Below, in pieces: positions 25,686 through 40,490 of a DNA stretch of 64,000 nt. Within the stretch, counting starts at the first letter, position 1, and the number at the start of each line of letters is the position of its first letter. Source of the stretch: Paragordius varius (Eukaryota; Animalia; Nematomorpha); assembly GCA_964247055.1 (NCBI GenBank), contig OZ176057.1:186001-250000 (forward strand), in the 5' to 3' direction. Under the pieces are notes generated by a model. The model was not told the DNA's origin. It searched no databases and was given only the letters and a program-made list of their open reading frames with translations. The position numbers were made by a program, and so were the translations under genes.

Positions 25686-27539
25686 TATGGTATATTTTCC
25701 GTTTAAATTACGGTATTTACACTTTTGTTTCGGTTAAATAAATATTTACAAATTTCTCGTTAAAAATAAAACATTTACTTACGGTTTACTCCTTACGGTC
25801 ACCAACATGGGCGTTTTAAACACTTTTCTAGTTAAATATTATTATAGGTTGAATGTTTAAAATATGGCTGATTTCAAGAATCTTACCCGGTTAAAATCAA
25901 TACAACTCACAACCTCGTATGAAAAAATATAATTATCCTAAAACACTGGGTAATTAAACAAGTGTTCAGCTTCATTTATATATAGAGAGTATAAAGATGC
26001 TTTGTTTTTTAATAATGAAAAGTTTCTGATTCCAAAATGAAAATTCAATCATAGATTAATGCGCCGACAGGGACTAGACCCTATTTTCGAAATAGTCCCT
26101 CAGTTTTAGTCCACCCATCAAATAGTTTTGTAAAAAAATGTAAACTCATAAACTTTTTTTTAAATCATTCGTGTACGCTTTCTGAATGCGACTATGGCGA
26201 CTAAGCCCTCTAAATTAAACCCTTTATCTAAACTTAACTATATCAAAAAATGGTGCCTTTTGAACAATGATGGGCTATGAAACACGCTTCGTCAAAACAT
26301 GTGGAGTTAGGTAATTATATTTTAAAACTTAATTTTATCTTATTTTTTGTTAGATCCTACAGATTATCGTCCTAACAGGAATTCAAATAAAACATTAATA
26401 GTGTTTTATAGTAACTAAAGACAAAAATATTTTCTTTTATAAAACCGCCATCCCACAACAATACTTTACCATAGCTAAATAAAAATGACCACAATATTCT
26501 ATCCGACAAATAATGTTTTATAGTAAAAAAAACCGACGCAATTTCCTTAACAATATTAATTCTTTTATACAATCTAAATAAATACCGCCAAGAGTCTATA
26601 CTAAACTCATTGATAAAATAAATATTGGAAATAAATTAATTTTTCGGGAATATGTATAAAATAAAATTCCATACTTTACAGTACCATTTTTGTTTGCCGA
26701 GACTTTCCACACATTGGGATAGGAAATACTAACATATAAATAAAATAAAAAATATATTCAACTGATAAATTATATATCAAATCAATCTCAATGAATAATA
26801 ATGTATCTGTAATGTTGTGATTCATTGCAGTAGGAGTCACTAGAAAGCAATATGTTATTGTAGACCTGTTTTCGAATAATTCCTTTATTTTTCACGTTCA
26901 CCTATTAGATGGGCCTATTAAAAACTAAAAAAACTGTTAAACGTGAGTTTAAAACCAAATGGAGCGCTAGAATTAAAGTTGTTAATGCCATTGTTGTGGG
27001 ATGTTGATTTGATAGAGCTAATAGAAGATACAAATATAAATATTTACTTCGGAGTGTTTTATATTATTTATAAAATATTTGTTTTCAGCATCAAATTGTA
27101 AGAATCGATAGGGGTCAACATAATTTTATAGACCCCAAAACAAATTTCAATATAAAATCTTAGGACATTTAATTATTAACTTTATAATTATTAGATATTC
27201 GGATCAACTTTGCGAGGATATAAACGCTAATTTATGTGATAACTTGGATGTTTCTATATCAACCCCTAGCTAAACAAATAAAAATATTCTCAGAAGAATA
27301 AAGATTCTTGCAACATAAATTGGAAAGCCGATCTAGGCTCAGATATAATTCTAATAGATTCTGATATCAATTAACTGAGCTAACAACAGTTTAAAATATA
27401 GTTATATATTTATAAGTTTCAAATTAGATTTAAATAAAAGAGATCTTTTTTATACAATATATAATTGTGGGCTGTTACTCCTAAGTCGAAAAGATATCGA
27501 ACCTAACCGTTCGCACTTCTAACCTTTATAATCTCATAT

Positions 27540-27640
27540 GGTGAAGATTTTCCGAATTTAAGGGGTGCTCAGTGCTACTCGCTAGTTGTGAACGTTCCAG
27601 CAACTCGAAATTAATTTTGGCATATGAGCAGGCGATCGAC
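27540..27640 (+). pseudogene. hAT transposase C-terminal dimerisation-domain remnant
   Basis: Reads YGEDFPNL and LLASCERSSNSKLILAY, resembling VASCERSFSKLKLIKTY. Confidence 0.55.
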
Positions 27641-27859
27641 AATAGGTCAACAGGGTTTTTGACTTTGTTGAGGGTGTAAAAGAAAATTTAGCATCATAGC
27701 ATTTGATAAAATAAATAATTTTATTTAAAGCCAATATTTTTACATGTCAAAATTTATTTACTTTATTCTTTTTATACTAAAATAAATATCTTTTATTAAA
27801 AATGTTTTCTGGTTTTTGATAGTGGTAAATTATCAATCATATTTTCACACTCAACCATG

Positions 27860-28030
27860 TTAAGTGATTCAGATGAAATAACTCATCGTCGCCACATATG
27901 TTAAAATTAACTTCAATTCGCTAATGGCCTTTCACAACTGGCGACTGATGTTGAAATAGTTAAAAGTATTTGAACGGCACCCCCTAAATAGGGAAACACA
28001 TCTTCGCCCATTTATAAGAGTTAGAAAATT
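27860..28030 (-). pseudogene. hAT dimerisation-domain remnant facing the previous one
   Basis: Reads AVQILLTISTSVASCERPLAN*.LILTY. Confidence 0.6.
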
Positions 28031-30070
28031 CTAACGGAATTTTAGGTTCTTATTAGGATTAACATCCTAGAATCACTAATTTCTATAAAAAATGTGAAAA
28101 TCCGTATTGAAAATTTGCCTATAGTATATAAATTTTATAATCTTAAAATATATGATTAACACTTGGATTCATTTTAGTTCTTCGATTCAAATTGGGGTAG
28201 TTGGATACACCAGGCCTGTTTAAATTCAAATACTATAAAAAGTATGAAAGGAATCAAAACCATGGCAATATTTTGCATTTATATCCATTAATAAACCGAA
28301 ATGTATAAAAAATTTTTATTCAAAAATACTTGATACTTATTTTAAAATAAAACCGAAAGGTAACTTTCGCCAACGTGACATGTGTCAAATTGTAAAATTA
28401 AAAAATAATACAAATTAAACCGCTTTTTCCATTTCATTCGATGTTAGATGTAATTTATATAAAAAATTACCTTTAGTTTTACCCTTAAAATTAAATGAAG
28501 AAGATATTTTGCAAAATTTTCAAAAAAAATGGCGTCGAAGTAGTTTAAGATGAAACTTTTTTTTCAAAACAAAATTTTATCAGGATATTTTGGCATATTT
28601 ATATAATTTTTATCAGGATAGAATCATAAATTTAAATTAAGACCGTTTTCTTCAGTAGTTTTTTAAAATAAATTTAAATTTAGTCTGGGGTATTTAGATA
28701 CCCTTGAATCGAAGTGTTACCTTGCGCGATAAAAATTAAAAAATTCTAACTTTTGATATCTAATAAAAATATTTTAAAAAAAATGCATACTTTTTTCGTA
28801 AACTTAATACTTTTAGTTCAGGTATACTTCAAAATATTTTAAGGCATGATGGAAACGGTATAAATGCTTTAAGACAATATGAAAAGCACTATTTTTATAT
28901 GATTCGATGTTGATAAACATTTCTATTACCTCACACTTTTTTAAAAATATTCGTGCTTCTTCAAATTTATGTTATATAAAGATGTGTTTTTTTCAGAATA
29001 ATGCAACAAAATTTTTAGGCAAACGAATATTTAAATCGATATTTTAAAGCGATAAAAATTTCGCTTAAATTTAAAAAGAAGGGTTTTTTCATATCTTAAA
29101 GCATTTTAGCATCACGACTCAAAATAGTATAGTTAAAGTATGAATTTTTTTAAAATTTTAGTTGATATTAAAATTTAGCATATATTGAAATTATTATCGC
29201 GCCCCGACTGTTTATAAAAGGAGCATTTTAGGAGAGCAAAAATTACTACTTTCGAACCCCTTTTGTAAATTATGTTTTGCTTTTGATATTAAATATTTTA
29301 GTGATATTTTGAAGATGAAGTCTCTAGCGTTCACCAAAAAATTTTATTAAAAAAATGTGGGCATTGCTATTTGACATGGTGCACTTACCATAAAAGTGTA
29401 AATAATATTCTTAAAACACTTGTATGAGCCATATATCAAAAATATGTATATATATATATATAATTTATATATACATACAACGTATACATACAGTTCGCGA
29501 ATATTATTTTATACTGGGCGATTTTTAACGCTTTGTATATTTGTGTGATGTTTTTGTTAAAGAGCTAACACAAAAAATTTCATATAGCATGTAAGTAAAT
29601 TTTATCATTTTCATATGCACAAACCTAAATAATTCTAACTTTCTTTTATATTTCGTAAGCCCCTAAACCAAAATTATATGTCAAAAAATATTTTTATCCG
29701 ATGTGAAGGTTATGCTTAAAACAATATAAACGCTTAAAAAATATTTTAATATATTGCAATATATTTTCGAATATTCGTTTAAAATCGTTGTTTTTAATAG
29801 ATAAGCAGTAGTTTATTTACAAAAAAAACTATTTTAAATAACAAAATAATTGAAAGAAATGATAATCAGAATTTTACTGATTTTTTTAAATAGTTTTTTG
29901 ATACTTTTGTGGCAAATCTTTTAAAATTTATCATTATTGCTACATTTCTCAAATTATATTTTTCTGAAGCATTTTTCTCTGATTTTAATATTATAAATTA
30001 AATTGTAATTTAAATTTTTAATCGAAATAAAAGAAAAATCATATTGTAGATTTTTTGCAGTTTACACAAT

Positions 30071-30265
30071 ATGACTACATCTGCCATATCATTCGTAACG
30101 AACAAAATATTTAGACGGAGCTCATCGCTTGCTTTAATCATGGTGTGTGGAGGGATATGTTTGGAAATAGGAATTGATTCTTTATCTAATAAATTGTTCC
30201 GTGAACACAACAAAGGAAAGCTTTGGGCAGATATTAAACACAATTATGTTGCCAAACCAGAATAA
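30071..30265 (+). CDS. UQCR10: Cytochrome b-c1 complex subunit 9 (QCR9), 64 aa, CDS uninterrupted
   Basis: IFRRSS, one transmembrane segment and HNKGKLWADIK are diagnostic of the family. Confidence 0.9.
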   Translation: MTTSAISFVTNKIFRRSSSLALIMVCGGICLEIGIDSLSNKLFREHNKGKLWADIKHNYVAKPE

Positions 30266-30349
30266 ACAGTTAGTTATCTATTGCAAATATATATTTATTT
30301 GTGTCTGTATGAGCATTTCAATAAATGGAAATCACTATTACTTAATGAT

Positions 30350-33300
30350 TTAAGCAAGTATTTTTAACCGCTTTTTTAGGGTTTGTAAAGGCGTTTCCAA
30401 AATTTCTTTAAAAGTCTCTTTTGACTTTGTTTGAGATTTGTTACATTGTACGTCTTGAACACTTTTTTCAGTTTTTTCTTTTTTTGTTATGAAATTATAT
30501 GGACCATGTATCTTTTCTCCGAGCGCTTCTGTGTTTATAACATTCCTATCACCATACAAAGCAAATTTTTCTGGCATAGTTTCAAGAGACCACTCAAAAA
30601 TTCTAAAAAATAAATTTACGAAAAAAATTAAACGTTTTATCGCGACTTTCCGTTTCCCAAATGTTGGAATAAACATGTTGCTCTCCAAATTGTTCAATGA
30701 CATCCTAAATTATAATTGATAACATATGTTACGATATAAATTTAAATTATCAAGAACGAGAAATCATAAATTATCTACTAAACCAAGGGTATCGCCGCAT
30801 ATGAAATGTATTAGGGCATTCATAATATAATTGATCAGTTTTAAAACATAAAACTGAAAATTGAAAAAACGGAATGTAACAATTTTACCAGCAGATTTGG
30901 ATAGACTTATTTAAATAAAATTGTTAAGAATTATCATTTTTAATAAAATTTTATGAGCATGTTTTTTGCAAAGTATGAATTCAAATTTTCTGGCAAAACT
31001 CAAAATCTCGAGGGTTTGCATGCGGCCCGCGTGTTTAAACAAACTATCATTTTTCAACCGAAACGCTTAATTTTACTTTCCACTTATGAATTAACTCTAC
31101 CTTATTCAATATTTTGTTTCAAATAAAAAATTTTAAAATTTTGAAAGGTATGTATAGTTATTCCCTTATAAAAATTTTAAAAATTGGTTTTCTTGTATCA
31201 ACCAAAATATTTAATCTAATAAAGCCAAAACTTGCATTTCAATAATGATTAACTGCTTAGATAAGTGGCCTTAATTACTTAAATAATAACTGAAAATGTT
31301 TGGAATTATAAAATAAAATATAAGGAATTATTTGCAACAAAGGCTGTCATTCATACTTTTTATATTTTAATTAATAGAAAATTAAGATGGAATATTGTAA
31401 TAAATATATTACACCTGTAAATAAATAACCCACCTAAAAAAATTTATCTTTTAGGTTTTGACTTGATATAAATGTTTTTATTGCATAAATGTGCTTTTTT
31501 TATAAAAGTCTAACTTTTTTAAATAGAGTTAATATCGAAATTAATTCACGGACAAAACGTAAAAAAATACAAAGACAAATATTTTTGGCTAAAATTTAAT
31601 TTTACTTTTGTTTATAACTTAAAGTATAAAAGGTATGTTGGTAACACAATTTATTATATATTTACGATTATAAATAAATGATTTATTTTTATGGGTTGAA
31701 TCAAGGTTTAAAATTTATGTATGGTTAATATTTTTTGCAAAAAATTGTCTTTAAATGTCAAATATGTTTTTTTAAATTTAATCTATATAAGTGTTCAGAT
31801 TTTTCAAATAACCTACATGAATGCAATAATATACTTTTTTAATTAGTGTCAACTTTATGAAAATAATTTTTACTGATAAAACTCCAAACAAATTGAATGC
31901 AAATATATTAAATCAGTGGAATGCAGTAAAATGTAAATTTAAATTCAATATTGAAAAAAAGTTACTCTAAGCAAATATAATATTAAAAAAGACAACCATA
32001 CTTTCCAAACCTTATATAATATTAAGTTATAAATATTAACCAATTATATCAGGCAAAAAATTGTCTTTTGTAATTTTTTAAGACATTAATTGTAAAATAC
32101 TATAATCAAACACAAAAAAAGTTAATACCTCATATTGATCAAAATCTATGCTCTGTTTAGTTGGGTCCTTTTCAAATTTTCGATTGTAATGTGTATAATG
32201 AACCTATGCAAGAGTAAAAAAATATACGGACTTTCTTTTTAACATAAATACTATTCATTTGAAACATATATAATTGGGTGTGCTATTAATTTAAATTTCT
32301 ATCACCCTATCTGTGTGTAATTTAAAATGTTAGGTTATAAATAAGATAAAACAAAAGTAATATAATATATGATTTCTACAAAAAATTGTCTTTATAGAGT
32401 AAAAATTGAAATTTTACGGACACGTATAATTCTAAATTTTTTTCTAAAAGATACCCATAGTTTTCCAAACTAATCATATTCCCACCATTTAATAACAAGA
32501 ATAAATATATAATTAATTATTTACCAATTTACATCTTTATTTTAAACTTCTTTGGAAAAAAAGAGTTAACTTTAAATTAATCAAGATTTAAAAAGTATAG
32601 TTGTCTTTTAGACAAAAAATATTTGTCTTTATATTTTTACGTTTTGTCCGTATTCAGTTTTTACTGTATTATTAAAAATTAAAAACATACTGACAATGAT
32701 TATCTTATGATTAAAATTTGTCTTTATAACTGAGAATATTACTTGTTTAAGAATTAGACCCAGGCCCGGGCATTTGGGAATAAGGCTTGAGTGAGGAAGC
32801 CATGCATTGTGAATGTAATTCAAATCGACTAATCCTCGGATATAAGCCATCACTAAACCTAAAAACACATTTTACAGTAAATTTATAGAAATAAAATAAA
32901 AGCAAAAAAATTTAATATGAAGGAAACCGTATGTATACCATTTAGAATTCAAATTCAGCCTCGAACAATTCAAATTGGCCCTAAAAATAAATTATGTGTT
33001 TTCGAACTAATAAAACTCATCATTAATACAAAATATATTCTTATTGATTAGTTTATAAGTATTTAAATATTATATTAATTTTGAAGAATATTTCATTTTT
33101 TAAAAATAAGTAATTTTTAATGTTAAAAAACACATAATTTATTTTAGGGTGATTTTGAATTGTTTGAGGGTGAACTTGAACTGTAAATGGTATATTTATT
33201 AAACATTTAAATTTACAGTAAAACTTAACTATAAAGTTATATATATATATATATATATATTTCAAAAAGACAACCTTACTCTTTCAAATGGTTTGGGATT

Positions 33301-36300
33301 CAATAAGAAATAGGAATGTACAGTAAAAAATTATAATTATACGTACAAAACGTAATAAGCAATTATTTTTTTCAAAAAATCTCTCTTATATTAATTAAAC
33401 CTAAATTTTTTAAAATATAACTTATGCCTTGCGAATGTGAATGTATTAATAATGTATTTTGGTAATACATTCAATATATTAAAATATAAAATACTCTTGT
33501 CTTTGCTTTTAAAATTTTACAAATGATAATTATGTGAATTTAGTAAATTTATATATATACATATCATTTACAGTTTAAGTCACATTTGAGCAATTAAAAT
33601 TCACTCTAATAAAAATAAATTAAGTGTTTTCGAACTAATATAACTAACTTAATAATAATATAAAATATATCTTTATGGTTATTATTTTTCGGTATTATTT
33701 AATTTAAAACATAATTTTATTTTTTAAAAATATATAAAAGGGTAATTTTAAATCCTAAAAATATAATTTATTAATGGTAAATTTGAATTGTTCGATGTTT
33801 AATTTGTAAATATTTTACTTCAAAACTCTTAAAAGCTTTAAAAAACCTCGAACTAGAAAATTCGTTCTTGAACATTACGAATTTACCATGAAAATATGAA
33901 TAGAATAGAATAGACGTCTTAAAAAGTCAAAAATTACCTCTTGTCTTTTCAGCAATTAAATTAAAAATGAATGAAATGCCATAAAGAAATAATCAACACA
34001 ATAATATATAAGTTAAATAAACTTAAAAGCAATTGTTTAATTTTTTAAATACAGATTTGAAATATGTAAGGGTTAAAGAATGTAAAATATTATATTTTAG
34101 TAAAAATAAATATTATCCGAACAAAACGTATCTTTATTTAAGACAATGCAAAGAAACAATCAATTATTCTTCAAAAAAAATCAAGTTAAATTAAATATTT
34201 GAAATTTACAGTAGTTGAAATTATATGGACAAATATTTTTATCTAAAATCCATACTTTTAAAAAATGTTTCCCATATAAGCTAGTTAGTTACAATTGTAA
34301 AATATAAAATTGTCTGTTATAACTTTATTTCCCATTAAAACAATGAGTTATATTGATATAAATCAAGATTTAAAAAGTATGGTTGTCTCTTAAAAAATAT
34401 TTGTCTATATATTTTTACGTTTTGTATTTATATATGTGCATTTTATCTATATTTTCAATTTTATTGTGATGCCAAAATACCAATTAGTGTTTTTAAAGAA
34501 TAATTTATACAAACAAGCTTAAGTAAAATTAATTATTATATATTTAGAGATGAGATATGTCTAAAATTAAAATACTTATTAAACCCCCCACGAGAAATTT
34601 AAAAATAAAATTGAATATTTTAAACTACAGTAAAAACTGAAATTATACGGTAAAAACGTATAAATAAAAAGACATATATTTTTTTCTAAAAGACAACCAT
34701 ACTTTTAAAATCTTGATTTATTTCAATATAACTCATTATCTAAATGAATGAATTGGAAATAAATATTATTAACACAATCAATTTCATATTTTATATATAG
34801 GAAATATTAAGGTTATTAAAAGTATGGGTTGACTTTAAAAATATACTTATCTTTATATTTTTACCTTTTTTCAATATATTTTCAGTTTTTACTGTAAAAA
34901 CATTAAAAATTGATAATATTTATAAAAAAACCAATCATTTTCCGGATTTGATGTAACATAAAACTTTGTCCCTGTATTGTAATGGTAACCCATTCGATTT
35001 GTGATTTAACGGAAGGACTTGAAACATCAGTTTTCATTATATAACGAATGCAGGAATTATCGCAATGTTCACTAAAATCAAAATTTTTATTATAAAAAAG
35101 CAGTCATATATAATTATATGTAATTTACAACCTGAACAATTCGAATTAACCCTTAAGGAATTCCAATTCACCCTCGAATAATTTGAATTCACCCTTAAAC
35201 AATTCAAATTCACCCTCAAACAATTTGAATTCACCCTTAAACAATTCAAATTCACCCTTAAACAATTCAAATTCACTCTTGAAGAATTCCAATTCACCCT
35301 CGAACAATATAAATTCACCCTTAAACAATTCAAATTTACTCTTGAGAATTCCAATTCACCCTCGAACAATTCAAATTAACCCTTAAACATTTCGAATTAA
35401 CCCTTGAACAATTCGAATTCACCCTCGAACAATTTCAATTCACCCTAAAATAAATTATGTGTAGTTTAAGATAAAAAATTACTTATATTTTTTTAATATT
35501 TAGAAATGAAAATTTTTGTTATAATCTCAAATTCACCCCAAGAAATTATATTTTTATTACCTATTTTTATATTTAGAAATAAATTTTTTTTTGAAATTAA
35601 TCTAATACTGTACAGTAAAAATTAAAAATATACGGACAACATGTAAAAATATAAAATAAATTTTTTTTTAAAAAGACAATGATACTTTTTATAACCTTAA
35701 TGTATTCTATTAAAATAGTTTAAATACTATCGTATAATAAGTAAATTGCTACATCTTTATTTCCTACTTTATAGATCCTTATGAAAATTAAGATTTAAAA
35801 AGTATGGTTGTGTTTTGAAAAAAAAAATATTTGTCTTTATCTTTTTTACGTTCTGTCCGTATATAATTTCAACTACTGTAATAGACTATATCATAAAAAT
35901 ATATTTCATTTTAGAGCTGAGTTATATTAGCTAGCCTGAAAACACATCATTATTTTTTAAGAGTGAAATTGAATCGTAAATATATATAAATTAAACAATC
36001 CTAAATTTACCCTTAAACCTTTTCTCAAATTAGCCCTTAAAATAGTTTTTGTGGGCTAATTTAACTCATTATTTACGGACAAAACTTAAAAATATATAGA
36101 CAATAATGATTTTCTAAAAGACAATCAACCATACATTTTAAATCCTAAATTTTTCCCATATAAGCTACTTGTTACAATTGTAATATATAGAATTAATTAC
36201 GTTAGTAATATATATCTCTATTTCAGACTTTGCCATTTAAATAAATGAGGTATATTGTAATAAATCAAGATTTAAAAGGTATGGTTTTCTTTTTGAAAAA

Positions 36301-39300
36301 AAAATGTCTTTATACTTTTACGTTTTGTCCGTATAATATCAGTTTTTACTAAAGCGGAAATCAAAAAAAAATCTCACCCATTTTCCAATAAAAAGGTAAA
36401 ATAAAGGTGACAGTCTTGGCATTTTAAGTGATAAAAATAACAGTAAAAATTTAAAAATACGAACAAAAGGTAAAAATCAAAAGTGATAAAAATTACAGTA
36501 AAAAATTTAAAATAAATACGGACAAACGTAAAAATCAAAAGTTATTTTTATGTCTAAAAGACAAAACCTTAATTATTTTTGCAATTTGGATTATTTATTA
36601 ATACCTAAAATAAAGATGGTCGGTGACAATTATATATTAAATAATTATAAATACAACAGAAACAATAGGGTTTAATGTCTTTTATAAAGGAACATTTGTC
36701 TTTTAGTATTTCCATTTCGTCCGTATATGTTAAATTTCTCCTTTAAAAAAATTTTCATTCTTAATATTGTAAAGTAGTGTGTTAAAAATGGCGTAATGAG
36801 ATAAAAATTATCAGCAATATGTACTTTGTTGTAGAGTAAAAATAATACGGACACAATGCAAATAAAAGACAACCATTCTTTTTTAAACTTTATCACTATA
36901 TATATTTACAATTTTAAAAAGGTATAATTGAATGTAATACCAATCTACATCTCCTGTATTAACAACTTTTCATAAATAAAACAATAAATCATGCATGGCT
37001 TAAAAAACTCTACTAAAAAATAAAACATTGAATTATGTTTTAAACTATTACGGTGTAAAAAAGTACTCATAAAATTATTGTCAATTTTAAATTAACATTT
37101 CGTCGGTGTATATCTAATTTTTATTGGCTTTTTTCATACGATAAAAAATATCAACAATTAGAGAATACTTGTTTGTAATTGTTAATATCAGAGCGAAAAA
37201 AACGAATAGAAAGTCATAAAAACGAAAACGAGATTTTTTTAGTTATATTTTATGACAAGTATGTATACCGTCCTGTAGTGAAATTGTGGAAATTGTGAGC
37301 TCCTTCGTAAATGTTAAATGCTTCTCTCACGCGTTTTAATGTTTCTTCTAAAATATAAAGTATATAGAAAAGGTAAAATTACAAATATTTTTATGGAAAA
37401 AACCCATATATATACCATTTACAATTCAAATTCACCCTTAAACAATTCATATTCACCCTCGAACAATTTAAATTAACCCTTGAACAATTCAAATTCCCCT
37501 AAAAAATTAAGTGTTTTTAAGCTAATATACCTCATCATTAATAAAATTTATTTATTTTTTTATAACATAGTTTATTATTTTTCAGTGAATTCTTAACTAT
37601 AAATAAAATATTTATATATTTTAATAAAAAATATATAGGTAATATTTAATATTATTTAAAAAAACACAAAATTTGAATTGTTTAAGGATGATTTTGAGCT
37701 GTTAAATGGTATATAATTAAAATCTAACAACTACTATACCTGATATCCTATATGTGTTTTGTTCCAATTTTTCAAGCTATATGTATAAAATACAGTAAAA
37801 ATAGAAGTTATACGAAAACGCAAAAATATAAAGGCAATATTTTTTTGTAAATATAAACTCAAAATTAAAATATAGAAATAATTGATAACACAATCAATTA
37901 TATATTATACAAATGTAAATTAATTTATTAATTTTTATAAGAATCAACGTTAAAAAAGAAATGGTTGTTTTTTGAAAAAAAAATTTTTTTATATTTTGTC
38001 CTATGATATACCATTAATTAACAATTCAAATTCACCCTTAAACAATTGAATTTAGCCCTTGAATTCAATTTTACCATCTAAAAAAACATGTTTTTTAATT
38101 ACAAATTCTTATATATATATTTAAAAATATAAAATATTAAAAGAATAATGAAAAATAATAAACTATGCCATAATTTCATATCTATAGCTTCCTGAAAACA
38201 TAAATTGTTCAAGGGTGAATTTGAACAAAGGTATATTAACATAAATCATAATTTGAAGAATTTATCTTATAAATCCAAAGAGTATACTTGTGAAAAAGGA
38301 ACGAAACCATAAGTAGGCATGAGGTATATATAAGTCCGATGTGAGCAACTCAGCTTTGAATTGAAGCCTTGAGTTACCCGAAAAATATCTAAAATGAACA
38401 TACAGTAAAGAAATTATATAAATGTCACCTAAAAACTAAAAAAGTAATTCTTATCAAAGAAAAAAAAGAAATTGTTATACTTTTTTATTTTTTACCATAT
38501 GAAAAACAACTATTTAAATGCTTAAAAAGATAGAATGTATTTAAAATTCTACATTTTTTGCAAACCTAAAAGATGTGTTGTCTTAATTAAAAATAATTTT
38601 TTGTAGTTTAAATTTTACATTTTGAATAATTTTATTAATAAATACGTGATTTTTAAGCCGTATTCCTTAATTAAATAATTTATAGTAAAATATTATATAT
38701 TATGAATAAATATATTTTATATAACATCGATACCTTGATTTCTTAAAAATATAAACTATATTTTTAATTTCATTTTGAAAAATTCTGGTTTTCGCACGCC
38801 TTCTACTTAATAAAGTAATATTTTCAGAATATAATTATAATTTTTGTGAAATAAAATTAAGTTTCAAAGTATAATTGTTTGTGTTTATTGAAAAAAATAC
38901 AATAAAAAAGAAAATATACAGAGGACAAAATGTAAACATATAAAGACAAATTATATTTAAAACACAACCCCATACTTCTTTTAAAACCTTAATTTATCAT
39001 AAATACAATCGTATAAAATAGAGCTCTAATTTTTGCAGTTTAAAATTATGACTTAAATTTTAATAAACTACAGTGTACATTTAAATTCAAACTATAGTAG
39101 ATGAATTCGCAACACAGTAGTGTATGGAAAAAAGTACAAAATAGGGAATAAACAATTATATCCTTTCTTTTTTCCATACACTCCTGTGTTAGAAAATCAC
39201 CCAACTATAGTGTTGTGAATTAAGCAACCATTAAAACATATACTGTAAGGTTTCAAAAAATATGGTTGTCTTTATAAAAAAAAATGTCTTTTTATATTTT

Positions 39301-40450
39301 GTATAGGTTTTTAGTGATAAAATCAGGACAAAATATTTAATAAACGCTATATATTAAAATTTAAATAAAACAAATTGTAAAAATTAAAAGAGAGTATTTT
39401 TTTATAGAAAGGGCCTTTTTTTATACTTCAAACTTCTTTAAATAAAAATCATTGTTTTATTGTGGAAAGTATGAAATAAAGATAAAAATACAATTTCATA
39501 CAAATTTAATATTAAAAAGTATATATAGGAAAAACAAGGGTTAAAAAAATAGTGTTGTCTTTTGAGAAAATATATAATGTAAAAATTCTATTGTTTTTTA
39601 GGCACCGTTTTTGGAATTTGTTTACCGTTAGAAGTAAAGAAAAAATGGTTGCTCTTATTCTTGCTGTATTTTAGCATCAAAGTTTTAAGTTAATTAAACT
39701 TAGCTTTTTTGAATATTAAGTAAATGGTTTTCATTAATATTTTCAAAAAATTTAAAAAAAAAAAACATGTTTACCAATTGCACGAATGTGGGGAGGCAAG
39801 TTTTCGTTCAATAGTTGAGTGCTATTTGCTATTTCGGACATGTGCATTCATAAAAATACAGATAAAATTTATATACATAAAAAGTAAAAATATAAAGACA
39901 CAATATTTTTTTACTTGAAAAGACATCCAACCATACTTTTGAAATCTTGATTTATAATTACTTATTGTTTCCTACAAAAAGTTTATATTTTAAGATTGTA
40001 TTTAATTTTCATTGGATAAATCATAAACTAAATAGTGTCAGTCTTTAAAAAAATATATGTCTTTATGCGTTTTGTCCGTATAATTCGTTCAATTTTTATG
40101 CTAAAGATGAACTTATATTATCATAAATTGAATATTTTTAATATTAAACTCATGGTTTAGAGTTTCAAAATAGGGAGACGGAAATGTAAATTGGTAATAT
40201 ATTAATATATTTACAGTTAATATCGGGGTAATTATAAAAAGTATGCTTGTCTTACCTAAGTCTGTAAATTTCAATAATATTTAGATTTTTCTTTATATGG
40301 TTAGGAAAATTCCAAATTAAAAAAATATTCTTAAATAGGAATTGGGAGCCTGCCATATACTTAATGTATGCAATCAATGATTTTTAAAAGATTTTTTACT
40401 CAATATCGCACTCTAGATGTTTTATTTTAATTCATAACTGGCAAAAATGG

Positions 40451-40490
<40 letters not shown>

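Noticed and set aside
26230-26420. Two-exon-like segment around a GT-AG interval at about 26311-26353
   Set aside because: In-frame stops nearby and no recognisable product.
30350-30703. 117-aa ORF as a separate gene
   Set aside because: It is the last two exons of PUS1, joined by a 31-nt intron; the ORF's first part is in the wrong frame.
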